Shown: positions 9,676 through 21,950 of the stretch, piece after piece | Numbering within the stretch: position 1 is the first letter of the stretch | How the letters are laid out: each line of letters begins with the position of its first letter | From: Macrostomum lignano | Lineage: Eukaryota | Assembly: GCA_002269645.1 (NCBI GenBank) | Contig: NIVC01002686.1 | Location: 85,836-149,835 of the forward strand | Direction: 5' to 3' | Length of the DNA: 64,000 nt | Notes under the pieces: model-generated | What the model saw: the letters and a program-made list of their open reading frames with translations, nothing else | Database searches by the model: none | Told to the model about the DNA's origin: nothing | Translations under genes and position numbers: made by a program

Positions 9676-11721
9676 ATGGCGTTAGACTTTGACGGAGACT
9701 CGGAGTGAGCTGGTTCACTGCTGATGATGAATCAATTGATGGATCCAAAGTTGAAAATCCCCATAGTGACCAAGAAGAAGGGCAGGATGAGTCACTTGTA
9801 GGAGAACAGTGGCATCTTGTTGAAGATGGCGCTGATGCCAGACCAGCACCTCTGCCTGAGTTCCTCGGAGTACCAGGAGTCAGGCCCGATTTGCAGCTTC
9901 CTGAGATTGCCGACGGAAACGAGAGTGATTTTATCAAGCTGTACGAGGGCTGAGCAATAGTTTCAGATTTCAGAATCTGATTTTGTCAGATTTTGTCAGC
10001 CGCCTCTCAACTATGCACATCCGGAAACTTATTGCTCAGCCCTCTTATTTGACGGATGGGTTGATGGAGAACATCAAGAACTGGACAAACGCAAAGGTTT
10101 GGAAAACCTATGAGGATAACTTTGACGGTGGAACAGTCCCAAATTTTGTGCTGAACTGGAAGGACTGCACGGTTAATGAAGTAAGAAAATTGATCGGAAT
10201 TGTTTTGCTGATGGGACTGGACAAGAAGCCTGAAATATCGAGCTATTGGTCGCAAGATCCGGCTTATCACTGTGCATTTCTTGCTGATGAGCCTTGTTCT
10301 CTTCCTAGAGACAGGTTCAAGCAGATCTTGTCCTGTTTTCGCTTTTACGATTGCACTGAGGCTCTGCACGGGGGTCCCTTGGCTAAGACGCAGCCTTTTC
10401 TGCAACAGGCTAAGCAGCTGTGCAGCAACAACTATGCCTCGTCAGCGGCTCTCGATTGATGAAAGTCTCGTGCTGTACAAGTTAACTGTTGTTCAAGCAG
10501 TACATCCCAACGAAGAGCAGTAAGTACGGAATCAAGATGTAATGGCTTTGTGAGTCCGACATGACCTACCTGTGGAATTTTGAAATCCATACATCAACTG
10601 AAGCCAACCAAATGTTCGGTGATGGACTGGGCTGTCAAAATTTGTCCATGAGTGAGAGAGTTGTGGCTGAGTTGTGCCGCAATTTGCTTTACCTAGGCTA
10701 CCATATTTTCACAGACAGTTGGTTCACTTCGCACAGACTTGCTACGTGGCTGCTGCAACGGAATGTTCTTCTCACTGGCACAGTGCGCAAAAACCGCGGC
10801 ATCCCAAACCTGCTGCAGGCTGTAAATCTGCAGCCAACTTCTTCCGCCATTGCACGCTCTGGAAATGTGCTTGCCTGCAAGTTTGTTGACAGGAAATAGA
10901 GTGGCGTCAAGACTGTTTTCGTATTGGACACCGCTGGATCGGCCGAATGTAGGCAGGTTCAGCGCACTCGTCGTGGCGGCAGCGTTCAGATCGTCACCAA
11001 ACCGACTAGCGTGCTCTCGTACTCTAACAGCATGGGTGGCGTCGACCACATGGATTCCGCTCTACACCCGTACTTGGCCAATCGAAAAAGCATCCGGTGG
11101 TTCCACAAACTCGGGTTTCACCTGATCCTGCTGCTCGTTCGCAACGCTTGGATTGTCTACCAACAGGCAGGTGGCAGCAAGACTTTTCTGCAGTTCTTAA
11201 GACAGGCTATTAAAATATTGGTTGAGGATACCGGTGATGCTAGGCGACGTGGAGCCCAGCCTCGTAGAGTTGGTGTGGGTGCCGGAGCTGCAGCAGGTGC
11301 GGGTGCCGGAGCTGCAGCAGGTGCAGGCGCCGGAGCTGCGGCAGGTGCGGGTGCCGGAGCTGCAGCAGGTGCGGGTGCCGGAGCGGCAACAGGTGCGGAT
11401 GCTGGAGCGGCAGCAGGTGCGGATGCCGGAGCGGCAACAGGTGCGGATGCCGGAGCGGCAGCAGGTGCGGATGCCGGAGCGGCAGCAGGTGCGGATGCCA
11501 GAGCGGCAGCAGGTGCGGGTGCGGCAGTCGGTGTGGGCGTTCATTTGCCAACTAAGGCGCCAATACAAGGAGCTCAAAGCCGCCCACGCAAGCGCTGCCG
11601 GATGTGCTATCAGCATGGTGTGGTGAAAAGAACAGTGACTGTTTGTGCCGCTTGTCGAGGAGTTCCTGCATTGTGTTTGGGTGCTTGCTTTGCTTGCTGG
11701 CACATGGTTCATCCTAACTGA
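9676..11721 (+). pseudogene. piggyBac transposase pseudogene
   Basis: WKDCTVNEVRKLIGIVLLMG..YWS..RDRFKQIL; SIDES, FTDSWF and MGGVDHMD catalytic motifs; Cys-rich CTD CRMC...CAAC...CLGACFACWH; several frameshifts plus in-frame stops (TAA 10540, TAG 10897). Confidence 0.9.
11269..11541 (+). repeat. 24-bp coding tandem repeat, ~11 units, encoding GAGAGAAA/GADAGAAA
   Basis: In frame within the transposase C-terminal ORF, bounded by VGVG on both sides. Confidence 0.9.
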
Positions 11722-12799
11722 CATGGTGGGATGAGCGGCTTTTGTGTTGAAAAAAAACAATGAAGTTTTGGCAGCCCAATGCGCACTTCTATTTATTCAT
11801 GATCTGAATTCCCTTTTTCTGTCACCTATTCTACTGTGTTTTTCTGTTCGAATACAGTTCAATTATACACAGCTCGTTCTATTTATTAATAGTCAAGACT
11901 TCCTAAAAACTAATGCTTTTTGCGTTAGTTTGTGTTATCAATAAAGAAAGCATGATCTACATTCGTGTTATACTATACTACGTATAAGATACCTGGTACA
12001 AATGTACTAACTACTTCTAAATATACTAATCAAATACTATTATTCGTTTTTAATATATGCAGGTGTGCATTTGGTCCTGGTCCTATTCTTGATCTGTGAT
12101 GATTGCCATAGACTGCCACCTAACCTATAGGAAAATAAGCAGCTTTCCAACTAAAACGGACGTGGCACGTTTTTGAGCCATGTCAGTCGGCAACGGGGGT
12201 ATTAAATTCTGCAATCTACGATTGCCCTAGACACTAAGATTCGGTTCCGTCAATAACTATGATTACTTTATGGCACAAAATCGTGCCATCCGTCTTCTGC
12301 CGGTTAATATATTATAACAAATAAGATAAGCATTCTTTTTAAAACAGTAAAGATTTATAATATAACCCCCAAAATATTTGCTTAGGCCTATATTATAATA
12401 TTATAGATATTATATGATATTGAAGGGGTTATAGCCTTGTGGTGTCACTTTTACTTTTTTATTTCTATAGTTGCTTCTTTTTATCACTTCTGAATTAACA
12501 TGATTTTTAAATTATATTCCACGGCTTATTGGCTTAATCACTGGCTATATATGGCTATATAACTATTCAATTAGATGATTATTAGGTTTCATTCTAAATT
12601 TATATTATTATAATTATGACATTTGTTTTTTATGATATTAAATTTATGTATTAAATTTTTTTGGGTTCAAATATAATAAAAACAATCCTTTAATTGAAAT
12701 AAAGTAAATTTTTGTCACTGATCAAATCAAAATTGAACTAAAAATGCACATACTATTTCTACTTATGGTTTTGTAAAGCAATTGATTGGAGCACTAAAA

Positions 12800-15700
12800 A
12801 TGGGAGAAGCAATTCCTTTAATACAATACGAGCCTATACAACTAAATGAGGCACCAACAGAGATATTTGCAAATTTTCTTTACGATTCTATAAGTTCCAG
12901 TTATAGAGAATCGACAATAAATACAATTCAGGAGCATCTAACACAACATATGATAACAGTAGGAAGTATTGATCATCCAGTATTGCAGCCATTATATGAA
13001 ATAGCCATCTCAAATTCTGATGAGCAGCCACATCTCCAGCCTAGTTCTATTGTATTGAAATTGGCTTCCAGTCTAATGCTGACTATTCCTGAGATTCTGC
13101 CTGACATACCCAATCAGGTTTTAGTTAATAGAGAAGGAATCCTGCTGCCAGATGCTCAGTATGCTCAGATGGCGTCCAGGTACAGGCTGGCCAGCTACAA
13201 TTCAGCTGCTACTACTGCTGAATTCAGAGAAGGAATATTTGCACTGCTGAATACTCGCAGTCCAGACACAGAGCGCCTATTGCGGCTGACACTGGCCGAT
13301 GCTAAGCGTCTTGGAAAGCGCGGCCGTTATTTTCAAACTGTTCAGGACTTCCTTAGGGATTGCCGTAAATGGAATAATCCGGCGCTGTTCGTTGAAGGAT
13401 TTCAACAGCTTCTGTTAGCTGCTATGGTCATCTCGCCTATTGAGTGCAGAGACGTGAGTGCCAGCTGCTAATTATGGGAAACTAATCGGCTTCTAGTTGG
13501 GTGCAGTATCCTGGAGGCTACCAGTGACTTTAATGTTGAACGTCCTGAATGTTGGTAGGTAGGTAGGTGGTAGGCGAATGCAGTAGCCTGAATGTTGGTA
13601 GGCAGGCGGTTGGCGAATGCAGTAGCCTGAATGTTGGTAGGCAGGCGGTTGGCGAATGCAGTAGCCTGAATGTTGGTAGGTAGGTGGTAGGCGAATGCAG
13701 TAGCCTGAATGTTGGTAGGTAGGTGGTAGGCGAATGCAGTAGCCTGAATGTTGGTAGGCAGGCGGTTGGCGAATGCAGTAGCCTGAATGTTGGTAGGCAG
13801 GCGGTTGGCGAATGCAGTAGCCTGAATGTTGGTAGGTAGGTAGGTGGTAGGCGAATGCAGTAGCCTGAATGTTGGTAGGCAGGCGGTTGGCGAATGCATT
13901 AGCCTGAATGTTGGTAGGCAGGCGGTTGGCGAATGCAGTAGCCTGAATGTTGGTAGGCAGGCGGTTGGCGAATGCAGTAGCCTGAATGTTGGTAGGTAGG
14001 TAGGTGGTAGGCGAATGCAGTAGCCTGAATGTTGGTAGGCAGGCGGTTGGCGAATGCAGTAGCCTGAATGTTGGTAGGTAGGTAGGTGGTAGGCGAATGC
14101 AGTAGCCTGAATGTTGGTAGATAGGTAGGTGGTAGGCGAATGCAGTAGCCTGAATGTTGGTAGGCAGGCGGTTGGCGAATGCAGTAGCCTGAATGTTGGT
14201 AGGTAGGTAGGTGGTAGGCGAATGCAGTAGCCTGAATGTTGGTAGGCAGGCGGTTGGCGAATGCATTAGCCTGAATGTTGGTAGGCAGGCGGTTGGCGAA
14301 TGCAGTAGCCTGAATGTTGGTAGGCAGGCGGTTGGCGAATGCAGTAGCCTGAATGTTGGTAGATAGGTAGGTGGTAGGCGAATGCAGTAGCCTGAATGTT
14401 GGTAGGCAGGCGGTAGGCGAATGCAATAGCACAGCGTATGCGAGCTCAAACATTCTCGCCCGCCCCTCTGCCAGCCCAACGTTGTCAAGGTCGCCTTGAA
14501 AAGGCTCGCGAACGCGGAGATGGGATTTGTTATTCTGGCCGCCTGCCGGTGCCAATTCAAAATTCTCGGCTTCTACTTGCTGCGCGCCCTGTCCAAACTG
14601 GAGCTGCCTGCACGGCCACCCTGCTGCCGGCTGACCTTACGGCAGCATCGGCTGCTTAACCTGCCTCTGCTTGTGCCTCGGCTACCGGTTCTCATTGTGG
14701 ACCCTCAGCCGGGCGGTCGGCCCAGCCAGAGGTTTGCCAGCTTCTTTGGGTCTGGGCGGTTAATTTTTCACGCACCTTTTGACATTAGATTTGCTCGGAT
14801 TAAAGTTATATTGCCCTGAGACTTCTAGCCCTGAGATTTCTAAGACTAGAGAATTCTAATCCTATGAGATTTCCCCCGCCATGAAAATTCCAGTCCTATG
14901 AGATTCCCCCCACCATGAGAATTCTAATCCTGAGATTCCCCCGCCATGAAAATTCCAGTCCTATGAGATTCCCCCCACCATGAGAATTCTAATCCTGAGA
15001 TTCCCCCGCCATGAAAATTCCAGTCCTGTGAGATTCCCTCCACCATGAGAATTCCAATCCTGAGATTCCCCCGCCATGAAAATTCCAGTCCTATGAGATT
15101 CCCCCCCACCATGAGAATTCCAATCCTATGAGATTCCCCCACCATGAGAATTCCAATCCTATGAGATCCCCCCACCACGAGAATTCCAATCCTATGAGAT
15201 TCCCCCGCCATGAAAATTCCAGTCCTGTGATATTCCCCCCCCATGAGAATTCCAGTCGTATGAGATTCCCCCGCCATGAGAATTCCACTTCTAGGAGTAT
15301 AGCCAGCCATGAGAAGTTCATGAGGTTACCCTCTCTCTGAAAATATCCTCACTTTTGTTTCCTAAAACTCACGAGATTTTGTTGGCTATTCCTACCTGCC
15401 AGGTGCCAGGAGCTCATCACAATGTCTGGCGCCACTTCTCTAAAAACACTGTGCTACAGAAACTTCTTCATCGCCCCCTGTCGGAATTTTAACGGCTTCT
15501 CCGACGAGGAAGTTTTGCAAGCGCAGCAGTCTTTGTTGCGATCGGTGGGTTTGGTTTTTGGCTGATTGCCATCTCATCAAAGCCTTGGCTTTTAAAACTT
15601 GGAAACTGAAATGCTGCTTTTAAACCGCCCTCTAATCAAGCCAGCACCCTGCCTCTAATCAAGCCAGTACCCTGTCTCTAATCAAGCCAGTACCCTGTCT

Positions 15701-17289
15701 CTAATCAAGCCAGCACCCTGCCTCTAATCAAGCCAGTACCCTGTCTCTAATCAAGCCAGTACCCTGTCTCTAATCAAGCCAGCACCCTGTCTCTAATCAA
15801 GCCAGCACCCTGTCTCTAATCAAGCCAGCACCCTGTCTCTAATCAAGCCAGTACCCTGTCTCTAATCAAGCCAGCACCCTGTCTCTAATCAAGCCAGCAT
15901 CTAATCAAGCAAGCCAACACCCTGTCTCTAATCAAGCCAGCACCCTGTCTCTAATCAAGCCAGCACCCTGTCTCTAATCAAGCCAGCATCTAATCAAGCA
16001 AGCCAACACCCTGTCTCTAATCAAGCCAACACCCTGTCTTTAGTTAAGTCAGTACCCTGTCTCTAATCAAGCCAGTACCCGCCATCTAATCAAGCCAGTA
16101 CCCGCTCTCTAATCAAGCCAGTACCCACCATCTAATCAAGCCAGTACCCGCCATCTAATCAAGCCAGTACCCACCATCTAATCAAGCCAGTACCCGCCAT
16201 CTAATCAAGCCAGTACCCACCATCTAATCAAGCCAGTACCCGCCATCTAATCAAGCCAGTACCCACCATCTAATCAAGCCAGTACCCGCCATCTAATCAA
16301 GCCAGTACCCACCATCTAATCAAGCCAGTACCCACCATCTAATCAAGCCAGTACCCACCATCTAATCAAGCCAGTACCCGCCATCTAATCAAGCCAGTAC
16401 CCACCATCTAATCAAGCCAGTACCCACCATCTAATCAAGCCAGTACCCGCAATCTAATCAAGCCAGTACCCACCATCTAATCAAGGCGTACCCGTCCTCT
16501 AATCAAGCCAGCACCCTGTCTCTAATCAAGCCAGCACCCTGTCTATAATCAAGCCAGCACCCTGTCTCTAATCAAGCCAACACCCTGTCTCTAATCAAGC
16601 CAGCACCCTGTCTCTAATCAAGCCAGCACCCTGTCTCTAATCAAGCCAGCACCCTGTCTCTAATCAAGCCAGCACCCTGTCTCTAATCAAGCCAGCACCC
16701 TGTCTCTAATCAAGCCAGCACCCTGTCTCTAATCAAGCCAGCACCCTGTCTCTAATCAAGCCAGTACCCGCTCTCTAATCAAGCCAGCACCCTGTCTCTA
16801 ATCAAGCCAGCATCTAATCAAGAAAGCCAACACCCTCTCTCGAATCAAGCCAGTACTCTGTCTCTAATCAAGCCAGCACCCTGTCTCTAATCAAGCCAGT
16901 ACCCGTCCTCTAATCAAGTTAGTTCCCGCCCTCCCCCCAATCTCACCGCTAGTCTCACAACCACTTCTCTCCCCAATCTGCAGGAAAGCATCGGCGCTGT
17001 AGTCTGCCTGGTTAGTAGCGAGGCTGATGCTGATGACGAATTCTATAGCAGTTCAATTCGCCTGGTGACCGACGCCGCTCGCCATCGCCCTGACCTGCTC
17101 ATATTGTGGTGCTTAGAGCAGCCCGAGTGCGTCGAGCAGCTTCGCCAGCTTGGCCCCGATGTTGATGGGCAAAACGGAGTTTTCGTATTTCAACCTCTAA
17201 TTGGTTGCGTTGGGAATTGGCGTAGTCGTCGTACATGGCCCGTTTGGCGCAATCTTCTCAATGCTCTGGATGGGCTGAGCTACCTGTGA
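12800..17289 (+). CDS. Uncharacterised 5-exon gene, ~486 aa
   Basis: Exons 12800-13453, 13497-13558, 14435-14731, 15403-15544, 16984-17289; all GT-AG with matching phases (0,2,2,0) giving one continuous frame; start codon uncertain; no family recognised. Confidence 0.65.
13544..14425. repeat. 39/43-bp minisatellite, ~22 copies, containing the exon-2 end and splice donor
   Basis: Unit cctgaatgttggtag-g(t/c)agg...gcgaatgcagtag; the first copy overlaps the exon. Confidence 0.95.
14840..15340. repeat. ~33-bp minisatellite, intronic
   Basis: gagattccccc(c)gccatgaaaattccagtcctat and variants. Confidence 0.9.
15630..16910. repeat. 23-bp minisatellite, intronic
   Basis: tctaatcaagccagcaccctgtc, with a central block of a variant unit. 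Confidence 0.95.
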
Positions 17290-17445
17290 CAATTCATCTT
17301 GTGTTTTTTTGCTTCTGTCTGTAGCCAAACTGCTGAATCTCGTATTATCGGATCTTGTCTATTTTTCATTTTACCACTTTATTATTAACATTTCGAGCGT
17401 CTATTTTGTATTATTTTTTACTTAGAAATGTTGTTTTAACGCTAG

Positions 17446-18325
17446 GCCATAGACAGCTGAATACTCTAGACCATAGACAGCTGAATACTCTAGGCCATCG
17501 ACTGGTGAATACTCTAGGCCATAGACAGCTGAATACTCTAGACCATAGACAGCTGAATACTCTAGGCCATCGACTGGTGAATACTCTAGGCCATCGACTG
17601 GCGAATACTCTAGGCCATCGACTGGTGAATACTCTAGGCCATCGACTGGTGAATACTCTAGGCCATAGACAGGTGAATACTCTAGGCCATAGACTGGTGA
17701 ATACTCTAGGCCATAGACTGGTGAATACTCTAGGCCATAGACAGGTGAATACTCTAGGCCATAGACAGGTGAATACTCTAGGCCATAGACTGGTGAATAC
17801 TCTAGGCCATAGACAGGTGAATACTCTAGGCCATAGACTGGTGAATACTCTAGGCCATAGACTGGTGAATACTTTAGACCATAGACAGGTGAATACTCTA
17901 GGCCATCGACTGGTGAATACTCTAGGCCATCGACTGGTGAATACTCTAGGCCATAGACTGGTGAATACTCTAGGCCATAGACTGGTGAATACTCTAGGCC
18001 ATAGACTGGTGAATACTCTAGGCCATAGACTGGTGAATACTCTAGGCCATCGACTGGTGAATACTCTAGGCCATAGACTGGTGAATACTCTAGGCCATAG
18101 ACTGGTGAATACTCTAGGCCATAGACTGGTGAATACTCTAGGCCATAGACTGGTGAATACTCTAGGCCATCGACTGGTGAATACTCTAGGCCATAGACTG
18201 GTGAATACTCTAGGCCATATACTGGTGAATACTCTAGGCCATAGACTGGTGAATACTCTAGGCCATAGACAGGTGAATACTCTAGGCCATAGACAGCTGA
18301 ATACTTTAGACCATCGACAGTTGAA
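17446..18325. repeat. 24-bp minisatellite
   Basis: actctaggccatagactggtgaat, ~36 copies. Confidence 0.95.
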
Positions 18326-19238
18326 TATTCAGGACTATTCCATATGCTTAATTAGAGTGTTTACTGCCTATACTTTTTTCAAATCAACATTTTTGTCTTC
18401 CAGATTTCTACGAGATTAATCCTGTATTTTTGCTCAATTTTTCAGATTTTTTATGCAGATTTTATAATAAAGATTGTCTCATGCCTTACTTGCTCCTAAC
18501 ACAAACCAGGTTGAATATTTTTCGTCATATACTACTCATTAAGAAATTTTGCTATCTTACGAATGTTATGCTTGTTTATATACAAGATATAAAGAAATTC
18601 GAACTAAATAAATAATAATTTCGGTGGGGACCACAGATACAAGAATAACTAGATGGGCCACTCAGTAAATTTGCGTGTAAGCTACTTTCAGTTCAGTAGT
18701 AAGTTAAACATGACATTTTAATGTATCTTAAAGCCAAGGCTCATTTGTTGGCTTTTATCCCTCAGTCTAAACCCTCCAACCGCGCCTTTCCACACTACCT
18801 ACGCCCTAATCTTTACTGCCTTTCTCGGAATTCCAGCCTAAAGCTGCAATGTACATTTCAGTGGACAGGCTTATGTACATTATTGCTGAACCAATTAGCA
18901 AGCTGTTTACGCCTGCCTGCAAGCTTGGGCTTCTAAACTTATCAAAGTTGTTTCAGTTGTCTTTATTTTTATAAAATAGCTTATGTATTCTTCGTTGCTA
19001 CTGAACTGAAAGTAGAAAGCTGTTTTACCAAGTATATGTGCCTGAGTGGCCCAACTAGTTATTTTAGTATCTGTAGTGGGGACCGAACAGCTGACTCTCG
19101 CGTCATTGATTTGTGGCCTGTTGTACAAATAGCTTGCGCTTGGGCATGACTGCGTGTCCGGGGCTAACAGGCTGCCATGCAAACTTAACTACCTAATTGA
19201 TGTGCAAATTGCTGCCACTTCAGCTAAGCTAAACAGCC

Positions 19239-20106
19239 ATGACCAGCCAAGTGAAGCCAGGCGACCGACTGCCGCAGGTCACTCTGTTCGACGGCGCTCC
19301 TAACAAGCCGGTCCGCATTGACGAGCTCTGCGCCGGCAAGTCGGTTGTCATTGTCGGCGTCCCCGGAGCTTTCACGCCGACCTGCCACAGCAGCCACCTG
19401 CCCGGCTTTGTAGCCGACTTTGACAAGCTCAAAGCCAAAGGTGTCGACCTGGTGATCTGCGTGGCTGTTAACGATCCGTTCGTGATGGCCGCCTGGGCTG
19501 GCGCCCTGGGATCTGGTGACAAGGTTAGTGGCTTGACTCATGATAATATTCCTCAGCACAATACTCCTCAGCACATGCAAGTGCGCCAATACTGTAAGCC
19601 AGGAGTCGGCAAACTTCGGACCGCGAAGCCTCTGTCCAGCCCTCAGGTCCTTTGAAACTTTAGAATAGCAACCCGGCTCCCTCAGGGTAAGCTTCCCTTC
19701 TCAGTTCTCTACGCTTTTCTCCTTTCCTTTCCTCTACTCTCTCCTCTCCTACGCAGACACAGTTCGTACAGCGGCCCTGACTTTCTAATCGTCAGGCATG
19801 TACACATCGAGCATTCAGTGATTAAAGTTAGATGAAAGGCTTTGTACGCTACTGTAAGTAGAAATGATAGTTTAAAAATTTTCTAAGTCAATTCCAAACT
19901 GCCAGGTGCTGATGCTGGCCGACAGTCGGGCCGAGTTCGCCAAAGCCCTGGGCATGGACATCGATCTGACAGCCGTTCTTGGCAGCGTCCGCTGTCGCCG
20001 GTTCTCTATGCACGTTGTGGACAACGTTGTCAAGTCTGTGAACGCCGAGGAGGACAGCAGCAAGGTTGACGCTTCGTCCTCCTGCCGGCTGCTCACTAAG
20101 ATCTGA
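19239..20106 (+). CDS. PRDX5: Peroxiredoxin-5, 161 aa, 2 exons
   Basis: Exons 19239-19523 and 19906-20106; VPGAFTPTC peroxidatic motif, CVAVNDPFVM, LADSRAEF, RRFSM. Confidence 0.95.
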
Positions 20107-20242
20107 GGCTCTGACAGCTGCGGTGTTTCAATGGCCGGCTGTCTTCTTCCATTGATTCAAGCGTTCTTCTGACTGGAACAGTGCTTTAGTAGTTTCACAA
20201 ACCTAATCTTTTCCTAAACTTTACCCAAATATTTTCAAGCAT

Positions 20243-21950
20243 TTGTCAGCAAAGACACTCACGGACAGGTCAGCAAAGACACACAAGGACAGGTCAGCAA
20301 AGACACACAAGGACAGGTCAGCAAAGACACACAAGGACAGGTCAGCCATGACACACAAGGACAGGCCAGCAAAGACACACAAGGACAGGTCAGCAAAAAC
20401 ACATGGACAGGTCAGCCATGACACACAAGGACAGGTCAGCAAAAACACAAGGACAGGTCAGCAAAGACACACAAGGATAGGTCAGCAAAAACACATGGAC
20501 AGGTCAGCAAAGACACACAAAGACAGGTCAGCAAAAACACAAGGACAGGTCAGCAAAGACACACAAGGACAGGTCAGCAAAGACACACAAGGACAGGTCA
20601 GCAAAGACACACAAGGACAGGTCAGCCATGACACACAAGGACAGGCCAGCAAAGACACACAAGGACAGGTCAGCAAAAACACATGGACAGGTCAGCCATG
20701 ACACACAAGGACAGGTCAGCAAAAACACAAGGACAGGTCAGCAAAGACACACAAGGACAGGTCAGCAAAGACACACAAGGACAGGTCAGCAAAAACACAT
20801 GGACAGGTCAGCAAAGACACACAAAGACAGGTCAGCAAAAACACAAGGACAGGTCAGCAAAGACACACAAGGACAGGTCAGCAAAAACACATGGACAGGT
20901 CAGCCATGACACACAAGGACAGGTCAGCAAAGACACACAAAGACAGGTCAGCAAAAACACAAGGACAGGTCAGCAAAGACACACAAGGACAGGTCAGCAA
21001 AAACACATGGACAGGTCAGAAAAGACACACAAGGACAGGTCAGCAAAAACACATGGACAGGTCAGCAAAGACACACAAGGACAAGTCAGCAAAAACACAA
21101 GGACAGGTCAGCAATGACACACAAGGACAGGTCAGAAATGACACACAAGGACAGGTCAGCAAAAACACAAGGACAGGTCAGCAAAGACACACAAGGACAG
21201 GTCAGCAAAAACACATGGACAGGTCAGCAAAGACACACAAGGACAGGTCAGCAAAGACACACAAGGACAGGTCAGCAAAGACACACAAGGACAGGTCAGC
21301 AGACACTCAAGGACAGGTCAGCAAAGACACCCAAGGACAGGTCAGCAAAGACACACAAGGACAGGTCAGCAAAAACACATGGACAGGTCAGCAAAGACAC
21401 ACAAGGACAGGTCAGCAAGTCACACAAGGACAGGTCAGCAGACACTCAAGGACAGGTCAGCAAAGACACCCAAGGACAGGTCAGCAAAAACACATGGACA
21501 GGTCAGCAAAGACACACAAGGACAGGTCAGAAAAGACACACAAGGACAGGTCAGCAAAGACACCCAAGGACAGGTCAGCAAAGACACACAAGGACAGGTC
21601 AGCAAAAACACAAGGACAGGTCAGCAAAGACACACAAGGACAGGTCAGCAAAGACACCCAAGGACAGGTCAGCAAAAACACAAGGACAGGTCAGCAAAAA
21701 CACAAGGACAGGTCAGCAAAGACACACAAGGACAGGTCAGCAAAAACACAAGGACAGGTCAGCAAAGACACACAAAGACAGGTCAGCAAAAACACAAGGA
21801 CAGGTCAGCAAAGACACACAAGGACAGGTCAGCAAAAACACATGGACAGGTCAGAAAAGACACACAAGGACAGGTCAGCAAAAACACATGGACAGGTCAG
21901 CAAAGACACACAAAGACAGGTCAGCCAAGGCATAAAGACACTATGACAGG
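20243..21950 (+). repeat. 24-bp (some 22-bp) minisatellite; inverted partner at 24175-26000
   Basis: acacaaggacaggtcagcaaagac, ~70 copies. Confidence 0.95.

Larger units (their letters stand above)
9267..12303 (+). mobile_element. piggyBac-like DNA transposon, decayed; right end at 12201 or 12303
   Basis: TTAA at 9263-9266 followed by CC; TTAA at 12202 and 12304; TGGCAC-N6-GTGCCA palindromes at 9318, 12163 (imperfect) and 12271; transposase remnants inside. Confidence 0.75.

Noticed and set aside
13469-13471. Stop-codon readthrough or an alternative genetic code at this TAA
   Set aside because: A 43-nt GTGAGT...TTCTAG intron with a CTAAT branch motif removes it and gives consistent downstream phase
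13899-14640. Minus-strand protein-like ORF (VREPFQGDLDNVGLAEG...)
   Set aside because: Codon-aligned antisense shadow of the plus-strand exon, which fits a five-exon model; the same applies to GC-rich shadow ORFs over the GPCR, TAF2 and XYLT
17355-18419. Long repetitive ORFs in arrays (also 20891-21946, 33811-34347, 40162-40974, 49317-49859, 52551-53642)
   Set aside because: By-products of stop-free repeat units, often open in several frames and on both strands; they lie in introns or spacers
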